A DNA stretch of 20,000 nt from the IMG/VR virus record IMGVR_UViG_3300036399_001211. The stretch is one strand, 5' to 3'. Below the pieces are notes generated by a model. It saw only the letters and a list, made by a program, of their open reading frames with translations, made no database searches and was not told the origin of the DNA. Each line of letters opens with the position of its first letter. Positions within the stretch are counted from its first letter, which is position 1. Of the stretch, positions 7,886 to 15,960 are shown piece after piece. The stretch comes from an uncultured virus (IMG/VR IMGVR_UViG_3300036399_001211). Lineage: Duplodnaviria; Heunggongvirae; Uroviricota; Caudoviricetes. The translations under genes and the position numbers were made by a program.

Positions 7886-9325
7886 TTAGAGGTACATTCT
7901 TCCACCAGATTGTGTAAATTCTTGACCGAGGCCACGAACTATAATCACATGGTAGAATAACGATGCACCAAAAATATAATCAACTACACCATAACGGGTC
8001 ATAAGACCAACTCTTGGAGAGAAGTCATTAGGACCAACGGTGCGTTGGATCATTACAGGAATATACGGACAATATACGATACCTGTATCGTAATATTCAG
8101 ATCCTTTATAACCAAGTAATGCATATTCAAGAGCACTTCCGCGAGATCCGTCAAGGAATTGGGCATCAGTTCTGGTGTCGCGGTAGACTGTGAAACGTCC
8201 GCCAACATTACCAACTTTGGCAATGCCAGTAGGTTGGGTGTTAACGTTACCGTTTACAGACATCCACTGAAACTCAGGCAACATTTCCAAGATTGCGCAA
8301 ACTCTAGGAGTTGCGATGATGAAGTTAGCAGCACCACGGCGGTTGCGAATGGCGATACGGTTTGCTTCAACAATAATCTTGGAATAGAAGTCACGGTTTC
8401 TTTCGCCGAGCCAACGTGCGTCAGCTGATACGGCGTACCAGAAGCTATAACCATTCTTCGGACCTGCATTGAGAGCTACTTGGACCATTCTGATAACCAT
8501 TTCACGGTCGATTTCGGCTTGAAGCTCATATGACATAGCATTAGTGAGTTCGGAGTCGATGTCGAGTCCATTCATGTTCTTCAAATCTTGTTCAAGTTCA
8601 ACAGACCAACGTGCAGCTAAACGACGAGTTCCAGCTTCGACGGAGGTTTTGCTAAATTCTACAGTAATTTGAGGAATATTACCAGTAAGCTCAAACTGAC
8701 TTAACAATGCAGCAACGCCAGCATCAGAACCAAGGACTTGGAAATCTGTATTGCCGGAAAGGGCTGTAGAGCTAGTGCCAGTAAAGCGTGTGTCCAAATA
8801 TTGATAGCCAAGTTCTTTGTCATCAGCATAGCTACGGTTTTGGAAATCTCTGCCAGTTTGTGTTGGACCAAGATTGTTATAACCGTCGATGCCGTTTCCA
8901 CCAAGACTATCTGCTTCGTAGCGATAACGGAGTGCAAAAGCTAGACCTACAGGACCGCTCATAGGTTGAACGCCAACGATTTCGTTAGTGATAAGCTCAG
9001 GGAATGTACGACGAACCATAGGGATTAAAACCTTTGGTAAACGTGCATCACCAGTAGCATAACTATCACCATTTCCGACCGCTCCACCAAAGCCCATGCT
9101 TCCTGCTGAACCAAAAACGCCACCGGAGGCAGCTGTGTTTGCTTCATTTAAGCACCAACGCTCTTGGTTTTCCATGAGGATGGCTGTATTAAGGCGAGTG
9201 TGTTCGTCGGTAATTGGAGCAACCTTATCAGAACTATGTTCCAAGAGAGGCTTCCATTTTTCAACGAGTTGTTGTGCGCGGGATCTATCAATAAATCCTG
9301 TTGATGGTTTAATATTTTTGCTCAT
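7886..9325 (-). CDS. 23: Major capsid protein (T4 gp23-like)
   Basis: EKWKPLL, LMENQE, LIPMVRRTFPELITNEIVGVQPMSGPVGLAFALR, WSVELEQDLK, EIDRE, YCPYIP and FSPRVGLMTRYG; highly biased codon usage. Confidence 0.98.
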   Translation of the reverse strand: MSKNIKPSTGFIDRSRAQQLVEKWKPLLEHSSDKVAPITDEHTRLNTAILMENQERWCLNEANTAASGGVFGSAGSMGFGGAVGNGDSYATGDARLPKVLIPMVRRTFPELITNEIVGVQPMSGPVGLAFALRYRYEADSLGGNGIDGYNNLGPTQTGRDFQNRSYADDKELGYQYLDTRFTGTSSTALSGNTDFQVLGSDAGVAALLSQFELTGNIPQITVEFSKTSVEAGTRRLAARWSVELEQDLKNMNGLDIDSELTNAMSYELQAEIDREMVIRMVQVALNAGPKNGYSFWYAVSADARWLGERNRDFYSKIIVEANRIAIRNRRGAANFIIATPRVCAILEMLPEFQWMSVNGNVNTQPTGIAKVGNVGGRFTVYRDTRTDAQFLDGSRGSALEYALLGYKGSEYYDTGIVYCPYIPVMIQRTVGPNDFSPRVGLMTRYGVVDYIFGASLFYHVIIVRGLGQEFTQSGGRMYL

Positions 9326-9379
9326 ATGTGTTATTTTTTCTTTCTATTTTTTGGATTTGATTGGTGAACGTTTTGGGTA

Positions 9380-10270
9380 TTAGCCAATACGTTCCAATTC
9401 ACTCAGATATTCATTAACTGGTGTATTCTTGGCCTCACCTGAGACTGATTCAGAAACCAATTGCTTAGGAACATTCACATTGCGGCTTACTGCTGCTTTG
9501 TTAGCTTCTTTAGCAACTTCAACGGTTTCTTCTTGTTCACCATTTTCGAACATCTCAACTACGTAGTTAAAATTTTCTTTAATGTAATCAATACTTTTAT
9601 CTTCTAAAAGTTTTACTACAAATTCTTTTTTAGATTTGGGCATTCCTTTTGTTTTGCCTTCTAATACCAATGCTGTTTGAGTTTTTTGCAATTCTTGAGA
9701 AAGACGAGTGTTTTTCTCATAGGCTTCATTCAATTGTTGGCTTATTTTTTGAAATTTATCTTTTCCTTCTTTAACAACGCTTTTAACATTTTCGTTAACA
9801 AGTGATGGATCGAACCCAACCAATTCACGAATCTTTTCTAATTGTTTACGTGCATGTGTATTTTCAACAGCTTCCTTAATTTGAGTATAAGGAATTTTAT
9901 TTTCTAAATATTTTGTTAAAAAGGTATCTAAGTCGGTAATGATTTTTTCAGAGAATAATTTAGCTTTATCATCGACAGATTTTTTATATAAATTAACAAT
10001 CTTGGCTAATTTGTTTGTATGATTTTCTGAAATGGTTTTAATTACCAATTTTAATTTATTGGTATGATCAACATCGGTTTTTTCTAAAATGTCTTGAAGT
10101 TTTTTAGCATGATCTTCATCTTGTTCCAATAATGCTTTTTCAACAGCAAGTTCAGTGTGTGCTTTGGCCTTTTGTTCGACTGCTTGTTTAAAAGCATCGG
10201 CAATAGCATTAGCGGTTTCTTCGTTGACAAGGTTTTTGTCCAAATTTTTAAGAAGATCTGTGATGTCCAT
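9380..10270 (-). CDS. 22: Prohead core scaffolding protein (T4 gp22-like)
   Basis: Charged coiled-coil protein, AIADAFKQAVE near the N-terminus, C-terminal VNEYLSEL; sits between the protease and capsid genes. Confidence 0.85.
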   Translation of the reverse strand: MDITDLLKNLDKNLVNEETANAIADAFKQAVEQKAKAHTELAVEKALLEQDEDHAKKLQDILEKTDVDHTNKLKLVIKTISENHTNKLAKIVNLYKKSVDDKAKLFSEKIITDLDTFLTKYLENKIPYTQIKEAVENTHARKQLEKIRELVGFDPSLVNENVKSVVKEGKDKFQKISQQLNEAYEKNTRLSQELQKTQTALVLEGKTKGMPKSKKEFVVKLLEDKSIDYIKENFNYVVEMFENGEQEETVEVAKEANKAAVSRNVNVPKQLVSESVSGEAKNTPVNEYLSELERIG

Positions 10271-10312
10271 ATTTTTTATAAAATTACTTATCTTTGTTTG
10301 ATTACAAAATTG

Positions 10313-10498
10313 TTATTTTTTACACTTTTTACAATTTTTACATCCTTTGTCGCATTCCATTTTCTTTTTTACGACACGTTCAACTTTCTTTTTGACCTTT
10401 TCGGTTAAAATTTGTTCTAATGCTGTATCAGCATCGGAATATTTGTTTTCGCAAATATTCATAATAAACTTTGAATATAATGATTTTAAATTATTCAT
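10313..10498 (-). CDS. Small prohead core protein (gp67-like) with Cys/Lys-rich tail
   Basis: FIMNICENKYSDADTALEQILTEKV resembles the gp67-type helical pattern; located in the head module; TAAGTA 9 nt upstream; tail ECDKGCKNCKKCKK. Confidence 0.55.
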   Translation of the reverse strand: MNNLKSLYSKFIMNICENKYSDADTALEQILTEKVKKKVERVVKKKMECDKGCKNCKKCKK

Positions 10499-10510
10499 AT
10501 TTTAAATTAC

Positions 10511-11179
10511 TTATCTTTCTTTGAGAGCATTAATAAAATTAATTATCTGATCCTTTAAAAATTCTCTTTGGTTTTTTTTAGGTAATTTTGATATACGGTC
10601 TTCAAAATCTTCATAAACAGGTTCAAAATTTCCGCTTTCAGCCAATACCCATTTTTTTGATTCTAAGATACCATTAACAAATGCGGTAGGAACTGATGGA
10701 TCGGCTACTACATCAATAGCAACAAGTCGAAAATCGGAAACATATGATTTTCCTTCTTTTTCATCAATTCTTCCTAATGCTCTAGAAGAAACTCCCAATT
10801 TAACACCATCGTTAATTAAACTTCTAACAATTTGTCCCATTGGTGTTGATAAAATTTTAGATTTTCCTTCAAATATATTTCCGTTTTGTTTTAATTCGGT
10901 AACAACATGACAAGCTCTCTCTAGATTAACTTCACCCGTAGAAGGATGGTTTAATTCGCCTAATCCTCTATTGACACTAATCATTTCGGTAGTATATCTA
11001 CTAACCTCAGATACCATTTCTTCTAAAGGATATACTCTATTATTTCGATTTGTTTCATTAGCCATTAAAAATGGACCTTTGATGTATAGATTAGCAGGAG
11101 AATTTCTATTTTCTTCTACCATCAAATATTTCACTTCGTAATTTGGTGATTCGACTATAAGCTTATATGCTTTTTCCAT
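10511..11179 (-). CDS. 21: Prohead protease (T4 gp21-like)
   Basis: LYIKGPFL..NRNNRVYP, LGELNHP, LERACH, ILSTPMG, LGVSSRALG and DVVADPS. Confidence 0.97.
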   Translation of the reverse strand: MEKAYKLIVESPNYEVKYLMVEENRNSPANLYIKGPFLMANETNRNNRVYPLEEMVSEVSRYTTEMISVNRGLGELNHPSTGEVNLERACHVVTELKQNGNIFEGKSKILSTPMGQIVRSLINDGVKLGVSSRALGRIDEKEGKSYVSDFRLVAIDVVADPSVPTAFVNGILESKKWVLAESGNFEPVYEDFEDRISKLPKKNQREFLKDQIINFINALKER

Positions 11180-11217
11180 ATATTATTAAATATTTATCAT
11201 ATTGACATACAAAAACA

Positions 11218-11676
11218 TTAATTTTTTAAATGTTTTTCGGTTAATATTATAAATTTATATCCTTTTTTATCACACCATGCTCTTGCTGCTGTCCATTTTG
11301 CCTGATTTTGAGCATATTGAAATGACTCATATAGAACAGTTTTCTTAGATTTTCTTAAACTTGGTATGGGTGGTTGCGTTTGTTTATCTGGCTTTACTTC
11401 TATTAACAATTTTTCATTTTTTCCGTCTTTTCTTTTCATCTCACACACCAGATCAACAAAATATCTATGTATTTTGCCATCTGGACCTTGGTATGGTATA
11501 ATAACAGACTCAGACCCCCATGTTATTACGTTGTTGTTATCATCCATCCACCTCATTGCCTTAATTTCTAACGAAGATCTGGCAAATATAGGAAACTTGC
11601 CTTTATATTTTTCAGGATTTTTAGGATTGAATAAAGATTGCACGTATTTATTGTTTTTTTGCAATCTTGGTTTCAT
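11218..11676 (-). CDS. 4: Head completion nuclease (T4 gp4-like, TnsA-like fold)
   Basis: FNPKNPEKYKG, RSSLE, WGSE..IPY, HRYFVD, LIEVKP..QT..P, NQAKWTAA and FIILTE. Confidence 0.93.
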   Translation of the reverse strand: MKPRLQKNNKYVQSLFNPKNPEKYKGKFPIFARSSLEIKAMRWMDDNNNVITWGSESVIIPYQGPDGKIHRYFVDLVCEMKRKDGKNEKLLIEVKPDKQTQPPIPSLRKSKKTVLYESFQYAQNQAKWTAARAWCDKKGYKFIILTEKHLKN

Positions 11677-11707
11677 AATATATTGTTTAAAAATTTATCT
11701 ATTCAAT

Positions 11708-12631
11708 TTAAATTAAAAATTGTCCAATAGAAAGTAATGCGGTAAAAGTTCCAACAAAGAAACGCACAATATCGGTATCTACTGTATTTCCCATCAATTC
11801 TTTCTCTAATTCGTCTTTTTCTTTTTCCCCCATACGCATCAAATCGGCTCCATTTACTTGTTGACCGCCGAAAAGTATAGTTCCATTAAATTTACCTCTG
11901 GTGTTTGCAATAGAAATTTTAGAAAGAGCAGAAACATATCGAAATACCCACAATTCTGCTACTAAATGTTTCAGAGGTTTTTGAACCTTACATCCAATTA
12001 GACCGTAATAAACATTTGATTGCGGTGGTTCTGGTATAATTTTTAATAATTGGGTTTCTGGTTCAAATCTAAGGTAAGGTTTAAGGGCTAAAACCTTTTC
12101 TCTGGTATTTAACCAAGATTTAAGAATGTGCCATGTTACTAAATCATACCCAACATTTCCCATAAGATGTCCAAAATATGCTTGTTGAGCAATAGTATGT
12201 TCAATTGTAAATAAAGTATTAACACCAGAATTATTTCCTTCGTTGAATGAAAAAACATCAACAACTTTTCTATAATCATCCATATCAAAATCATATCCAG
12301 ATGATAGTGTTGGCGTTTGGGTTGATAGTGCGTTTGCTAATTCAGGTGTAATACTGAACAATCGATCCATTCTTAATCCCTTTCCTCTTTCGTATAAATC
12401 AGATCTAAAAACCAAATATTCTTCGGTAACTCCTGCAAATTTAGTAAACCATTCCAAAGCAATATCAATAAATTCATACATTTGTTCTGAACTTATTTCG
12501 ATTCTTATTAACGGTTCGCCCAACGTTCTTCTGACTCTTTGGGCTAAATGGTCATAGCTTTTAATTTGAGAATTATAATGAGTGCTTCCGTGAAAAGAAT
12601 TGGGTAAAACTGGTTGTGGTGGATAAGGCAT
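11708..12631 (-). CDS. 13: Neck protein (T4 gp13-like)
   Basis: RRTLGEPLIRIEISSEQM.E.ID.AL, WVFRY..AL.K, RGKFNG..LFGGQQVNG, EK..LE.EL and terminal FFVG-type motif. Confidence 0.85.
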   Translation of the reverse strand: MPYPPQPVLPNSFHGSTHYNSQIKSYDHLAQRVRRTLGEPLIRIEISSEQMYEFIDIALEWFTKFAGVTEEYLVFRSDLYERGKGLRMDRLFSITPELANALSTQTPTLSSGYDFDMDDYRKVVDVFSFNEGNNSGVNTLFTIEHTIAQQAYFGHLMGNVGYDLVTWHILKSWLNTREKVLALKPYLRFEPETQLLKIIPEPPQSNVYYGLIGCKVQKPLKHLVAELWVFRYVSALSKISIANTRGKFNGTILFGGQQVNGADLMRMGEKEKDELEKELMGNTVDTDIVRFFVGTFTALLSIGQFLI

Positions 12632-12645
12632 ATGTAATATACTTA

Positions 12646-13416
12646 TTACAGTGCTGTGGTAATTAGTTTTCCGTGATTATCTACGGTAATTCGCCATCTA
12701 TGGTTATTCGGTGATCTTAGTATTACACCTTTATTAAAATTTTTTATTTCTATATCTTCGGTTACACCAGCATTACCATTAATGCTTAATGATTCTGTTG
12801 GAGTTTCGGTATTAATACCAATTTTATTATTTGATACGAATAAAGAAACTGTTTCATTAGGATTGTTATTAATTTCTAGACTATTATTTATATATAATTT
12901 TCCGTTTGCGCTTAAATTATTAACATAAGTAAAATTTTCAGAATGACTTGTTATATTAGAACCTAATGTAAAAACATTTTGATGTTGAATTAAATTATTT
13001 GATCCTGCTGCATTAAAAGAATTGTTAGAATCTAGTAAAATTTTATTGTTATACCCCGAACCTATAAAAGAAAAGTTACTTTGAATTTCGTTTTCTTCTC
13101 CGTTTGTTATTATCGATGCAGCACCGGAAATTTTATTGTTTATTCCATTAAAAATAGATGAAAATATTTCATTGACTGTATTATTTCCATATTTAAATGT
13201 ATAAGAACTTAAATTTGTATTAAATGTAAATAAATCATATTCAGAATTTAAAAAAGAAACTAAAGATTCGTTTCCATTATTAATCTTCTTAAAAAATAAC
13301 TTTCCATCCGCAAGATTTACTGCCAATTCGCCCAATTCTAATGCGGATAAATCGGGTATTCTGTTGGAAATTGTTGATCTTTTAAATTTTATGGTACTCT
13401 CACCGTCTGATGACAT
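12646..13416 (-). CDS. Putative fibre/spike protein with Mtd-N-like N-terminal domain
   Basis: TIKFKRS...LELGELAVNLADGKLFFK; Asn-rich beta-solenoid-like repeats (SFIGSGYNNKI); KIGINTETPTESLSINGN; C-terminal GVILRSPNNHRWRITVDN.G.L. Confidence 0.7.
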   Translation of the reverse strand: MSSDGESTIKFKRSTISNRIPDLSALELGELAVNLADGKLFFKKINNGNESLVSFLNSEYDLFTFNTNLSSYTFKYGNNTVNEIFSSIFNGINNKISGAASIITNGEENEIQSNFSFIGSGYNNKILLDSNNSFNAAGSNNLIQHQNVFTLGSNITSHSENFTYVNNLSANGKLYINNSLEINNNPNETVSLFVSNNKIGINTETPTESLSINGNAGVTEDIEIKNFNKGVILRSPNNHRWRITVDNHGKLITTAL

Positions 13417-13455
13417 AATATCAAAATATTTATTACAAAAATCAATTTTTCAATG

Positions 13456-13620
13456 CTAAAATTCTTCGGTTGCGGAAAGGCTTGGTATATTTGATCCAAT
13501 GTATAGTGTTTGATTGGTTTCGTTGAAAGCTAATTCTCCTTTATTAAGCATTTTTGGTGGTCCTGCTTCTCCCCTAACTCTTCTTTTGATTAAAATTGTG
13601 CTGTAAATTTTTTTTTCCAT
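13456..13620 (-). CDS. Stand-alone Mtd-N-like domain microprotein, 54 aa
   Basis: Manual translation MEKKIYSTILIKRRVRGEAGPPKMLNKGELAFNETNQTLYIGSNIPSLSATEEF*. Paralogous to the N-terminus of 15961-17613; TAAGTA 5 nt upstream. Confidence 0.8.
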   Translation of the reverse strand: MEKKIYSTILIKRRVRGEAGPPKMLNKGELAFNETNQTLYIGSNIPSLSATEEF

Positions 13621-13634
13621 GACTATACTTATAC

Positions 13635-13673
13635 AAAAAAATAAGGAGTATGCAATTAAACATACTCCTTATT
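13635..13673 (-). terminator. Intrinsic terminator
   Basis: AATAAGGAGTATG-8 nt loop-CATACTCCTTATT followed by a T run on the minus strand. Confidence 0.75.
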
Positions 13674-13692
13674 CTATAATTTCTAAAAGAAA

Positions 13693-13788
13693 TTATTTCT
13701 TTTTATTCGCGCCCTTTTGAGAAGATTTAGAACCTTCCTTTTTTGGCTTTTTAACTTCTTTCTTGTGAGCATTATTACCCTTTGCCAT
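13693..13788 (-). CDS. Lysine-rich basic microprotein, 31 aa
   Basis: Manual translation MAKGNNAHKKEVKKPKKEGSKSSQKGANKKK*. AGAAAGGA Shine-Dalgarno upstream; flanked by terminators. Confidence 0.7.
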   Translation of the reverse strand: MAKGNNAHKKEVKKPKKEGSKSSQKGANKKK

Positions 13789-13807
13789 TTGAATTTTCCT
13801 TTCTATT

Positions 13808-13840
13808 AAAAAAGCTCCCAGCCATTTCTGACTGGGAGCC
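13808..13840 (-). terminator. Intrinsic terminator after the LamG protein gene
   Basis: GCTCCCAGTCA-GAAA-TGGCTGGGAGC-TTTTTT on the minus strand. Confidence 0.9.
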
Positions 13841-13871
13841 TTCTCTTTGTTTTTATTTTTTGTTTAATTTC

Positions 13872-15851
13872 TTAAGATACAAATTTTACGTTTCCGTAGA
13901 ATTTTGTATTACCTTGAATCTTAACAAATGCTGCAACTGGAGCAGAATCAATTTCGTAACCGGTTCCAGAGTTATAAAGAGCAGCAATTTCAGCGCTGTT
14001 CAATGCTCTGTCCCAGATACCAATTGCGTCCACAGACCCCTCAGTGTTTCCATCAGAACCATAACCTATTGTTAGTGTTGTTCCATTAGTTAATGTAGAG
14101 CGGTACTGCGAATCTTTGAGTTCACCATCAATATACAACATCCAAGTTTCATTGTTTGTTTTGAATAAAAGATGGTGCCAATTACCGTCATTTACTATTT
14201 CGCCAGAAGAAACTCCATCTCCATAAGGGCTTACAATAACAGACTGTGAGTCGACATAAAACAACACAAGCTCACCCGCTGTCGGTGTTCCGTAATACAA
14301 CGGTACCTGCGGATCCGTTTTTGTCGAATTGAACCAGAACGAAATTGTTCTGTTCTGTGCTCCTTGGGGTAGCGACGCCATATTAACATCCAAATAATTA
14401 CTGCCATCAAATACAGCAGCACTTCCAATCTTGCCAGAGGCAAATGAGACGTTATTGTTGTTTGTTAATGTGTTTCCGTTTCCAGAAGAATCAGAAGTGT
14501 CATCTAGTTTGTAAAATGCTTGAAGACCGCTTTCTAAGTCAATAGGAGCAGGTAGCTCTAAACCGTTTCCAGAGTTATAAAGAGCAGCAATTTCAGCGCT
14601 GTTCAATGCTCTGTCCCAGATACCAACCGCGTCGATTTGTTTTGCAGGGCCACGTGAAAAATCCGGCTCGCCGTTGATTCCGAATGGTCTATCTGAGTTA
14701 TCGCTCAAATCTAATGTGTAGGAATTATCCGAAGCAACAGAAGCTCCATCAACATACAATGTTCCGCTACCAGCGTTGGACACCAATACGATATGATGCC
14801 ATGTATTCGTTGAGAGAACACCTGAAGAACTTGCTGCATTCCATGAAGCCATATCCCCAAACTGAATGCTTCCGTCCGCCATGGTATAAAATCCTGCTCC
14901 TGCAAATTGTTGGAGCAATATATCATAATCATTTAATTCAGGAGTGTTTACCCAACATCCAAAAGAAAACGAAGTTCCAAGGTCAAATGGAGAAACTGAT
15001 AAACAATTTGTTCCATCAAACACAGCGGCATTTCCAATCTTGCCAGAGGCAAAAGAAACGCCGTCATTATTGGTAAGAGTTTTGTTATTTCCAGAAGAGT
15101 CAGAAGTATCCGAGAGTTTGTAGAAGGCTTGAAGACCGCTTTCAAGGTCTACTGACCCTCCGCCGCCACCGCCACCGCCGCCGCCTTGAACAACGCCATT
15201 GACGTAAGTTTGACCATTCCATTCACCGTCACCATTCTCACCAAGAGTTGTTTCAACATTGTCAATATAGTAGAAATAATTATTCCATCCAGTTGGCTGC
15301 TCTGATCCAAAAAAGTATGCTTTATCTGACCAGAAACCGCTTCCGCCACCATCAAGAGTTGTTGCTTCAGAATTTACGTAATATGCAGAATTCCACCCGT
15401 CTGGACCCGTATACGAATTATTTATTTGTCCATAAACATAGAAGTTTCCGTTCCAAGTTCCAAAACCTTCTAGATCAAGTGTTGTTGCTTCAGAATTTAT
15501 GTAATATGCAGTACTCATCGGGTCTAGACCAGTATACGAATTGTTTATCTGTCCATCGACATAGAAGTTTGCATTCCAAGTTCCAAAACCATATATATCA
15601 AGCGTTGTTGCTTCAGAATTTACGTAAAATGTATTTGAGTCATCTGACCAATGCCATCCTGTATACGAATTGTTTATCTGTCCTTCGACATAGAAGTTTC
15701 CATTCCAAGTTCCAAAACCATGCATATTAAGGGTAGTTTGAACGCCGTTTAAATAATATATATACGAGGTTTGATCAAGCCCTGTAAATAGAGTTGTGAA
15801 TTCCTCATTTGCATAATATAAACCATCATTTTCGTTGTAATAAGCCATCAT
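13872..15851 (-). CDS. Putative virion adhesin: aromatic/Gly-rich repeats, poly-Gly linker, two LamG/ConA-like lectin domains
   Basis: GLQAFYKL.DTSDSSGN..TLT, GKIG.AAVFDG, WHH, LY.DG and IDAVGIWDRALNSAEIAALYNSG occur twice; G10 linker at 15156-15185. Confidence 0.88.
   Translation of the reverse strand: MMAYYNENDGLYYANEEFTTLFTGLDQTSYIYYLNGVQTTLNMHGFGTWNGNFYVEGQINNSYTGWHWSDDSNTFYVNSEATTLDIYGFGTWNANFYVDGQINNSYTGLDPMSTAYYINSEATTLDLEGFGTWNGNFYVYGQINNSYTGPDGWNSAYYVNSEATTLDGGGSGFWSDKAYFFGSEQPTGWNNYFYYIDNVETTLGENGDGEWNGQTYVNGVVQGGGGGGGGGGSVDLESGLQAFYKLSDTSDSSGNNKTLTNNDGVSFASGKIGNAAVFDGTNCLSVSPFDLGTSFSFGCWVNTPELNDYDILLQQFAGAGFYTMADGSIQFGDMASWNAASSSGVLSTNTWHHIVLVSNAGSGTLYVDGASVASDNSYTLDLSDNSDRPFGINGEPDFSRGPAKQIDAVGIWDRALNSAEIAALYNSGNGLELPAPIDLESGLQAFYKLDDTSDSSGNGNTLTNNNNVSFASGKIGSAAVFDGSNYLDVNMASLPQGAQNRTISFWFNSTKTDPQVPLYYGTPTAGELVLFYVDSQSVIVSPYGDGVSSGEIVNDGNWHHLLFKTNNETWMLYIDGELKDSQYRSTLTNGTTLTIGYGSDGNTEGSVDAIGIWDRALNSAEIAALYNSGTGYEIDSAPVAAFVKIQGNTKFYGNVKFVS
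13964..14626. repeat. 60-bp identical direct repeat (13964-14023, 14567-14626) at the ends of both LamG domains
   Basis: ttccagagttataaagagcagcaatttcagcgctgttcaatgctctgtcccagataccaa occurs twice, 603 bp apart. Confidence 0.93.
15345..15719 (-). repeat. Three imperfect tandem repeats of 123-129 bp (41-43 aa: GFGTWNGNFYV.GQINNSYTG...YY.NSEATTLD)
   Basis: Units begin at 15719, 15590 and 15467 on the minus strand, with degenerate copies on either side. Confidence 0.9.
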
Positions 15852-15900
15852 ATTTTTATATTTTTAAATTGTTAATTGTTTGTATATTTTAAATTGTTTT

Positions 15901-15939
15901 AAAAAAGCTCTAGGTAGGACTATAACCTATCTAGAGCTT
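15901..15939 (-). terminator. Intrinsic terminator after the coiled-coil fibre gene
   Basis: AAGCTCTAGATAGG-loop-CCTACCTAGAGCTTTTTT on the minus strand, with one mismatch. Confidence 0.8.
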
Positions 15940-15960
15940 ATGTTAATTTATTCTAATTTC

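Noticed and set aside
8159..9383. Alternative-frame and antisense ORFs within gene 23 (likewise 766-1017, 1328-1531, 3404-3595, 7690-7935, 10157-10408, 11366-11716, 13782-15730, 15980-17308)
   Set aside because: They are shadow ORFs overlapping well-supported genes, explained by codon bias, with no recognisable motifs.
11218..11676. Tn7 TnsA transposase or mobile element
   Set aside because: The motifs and head-module context fit T4 gp4, which shares the fold; there are no other Tn7 genes or ends.
13872..15851. Diversity-generating retroelement TR/VR pair in the adhesin repeats
   Set aside because: Differences between copies are not adenine-specific and include indels, all copies are in-frame coding, and there is no reverse transcriptase in the window.
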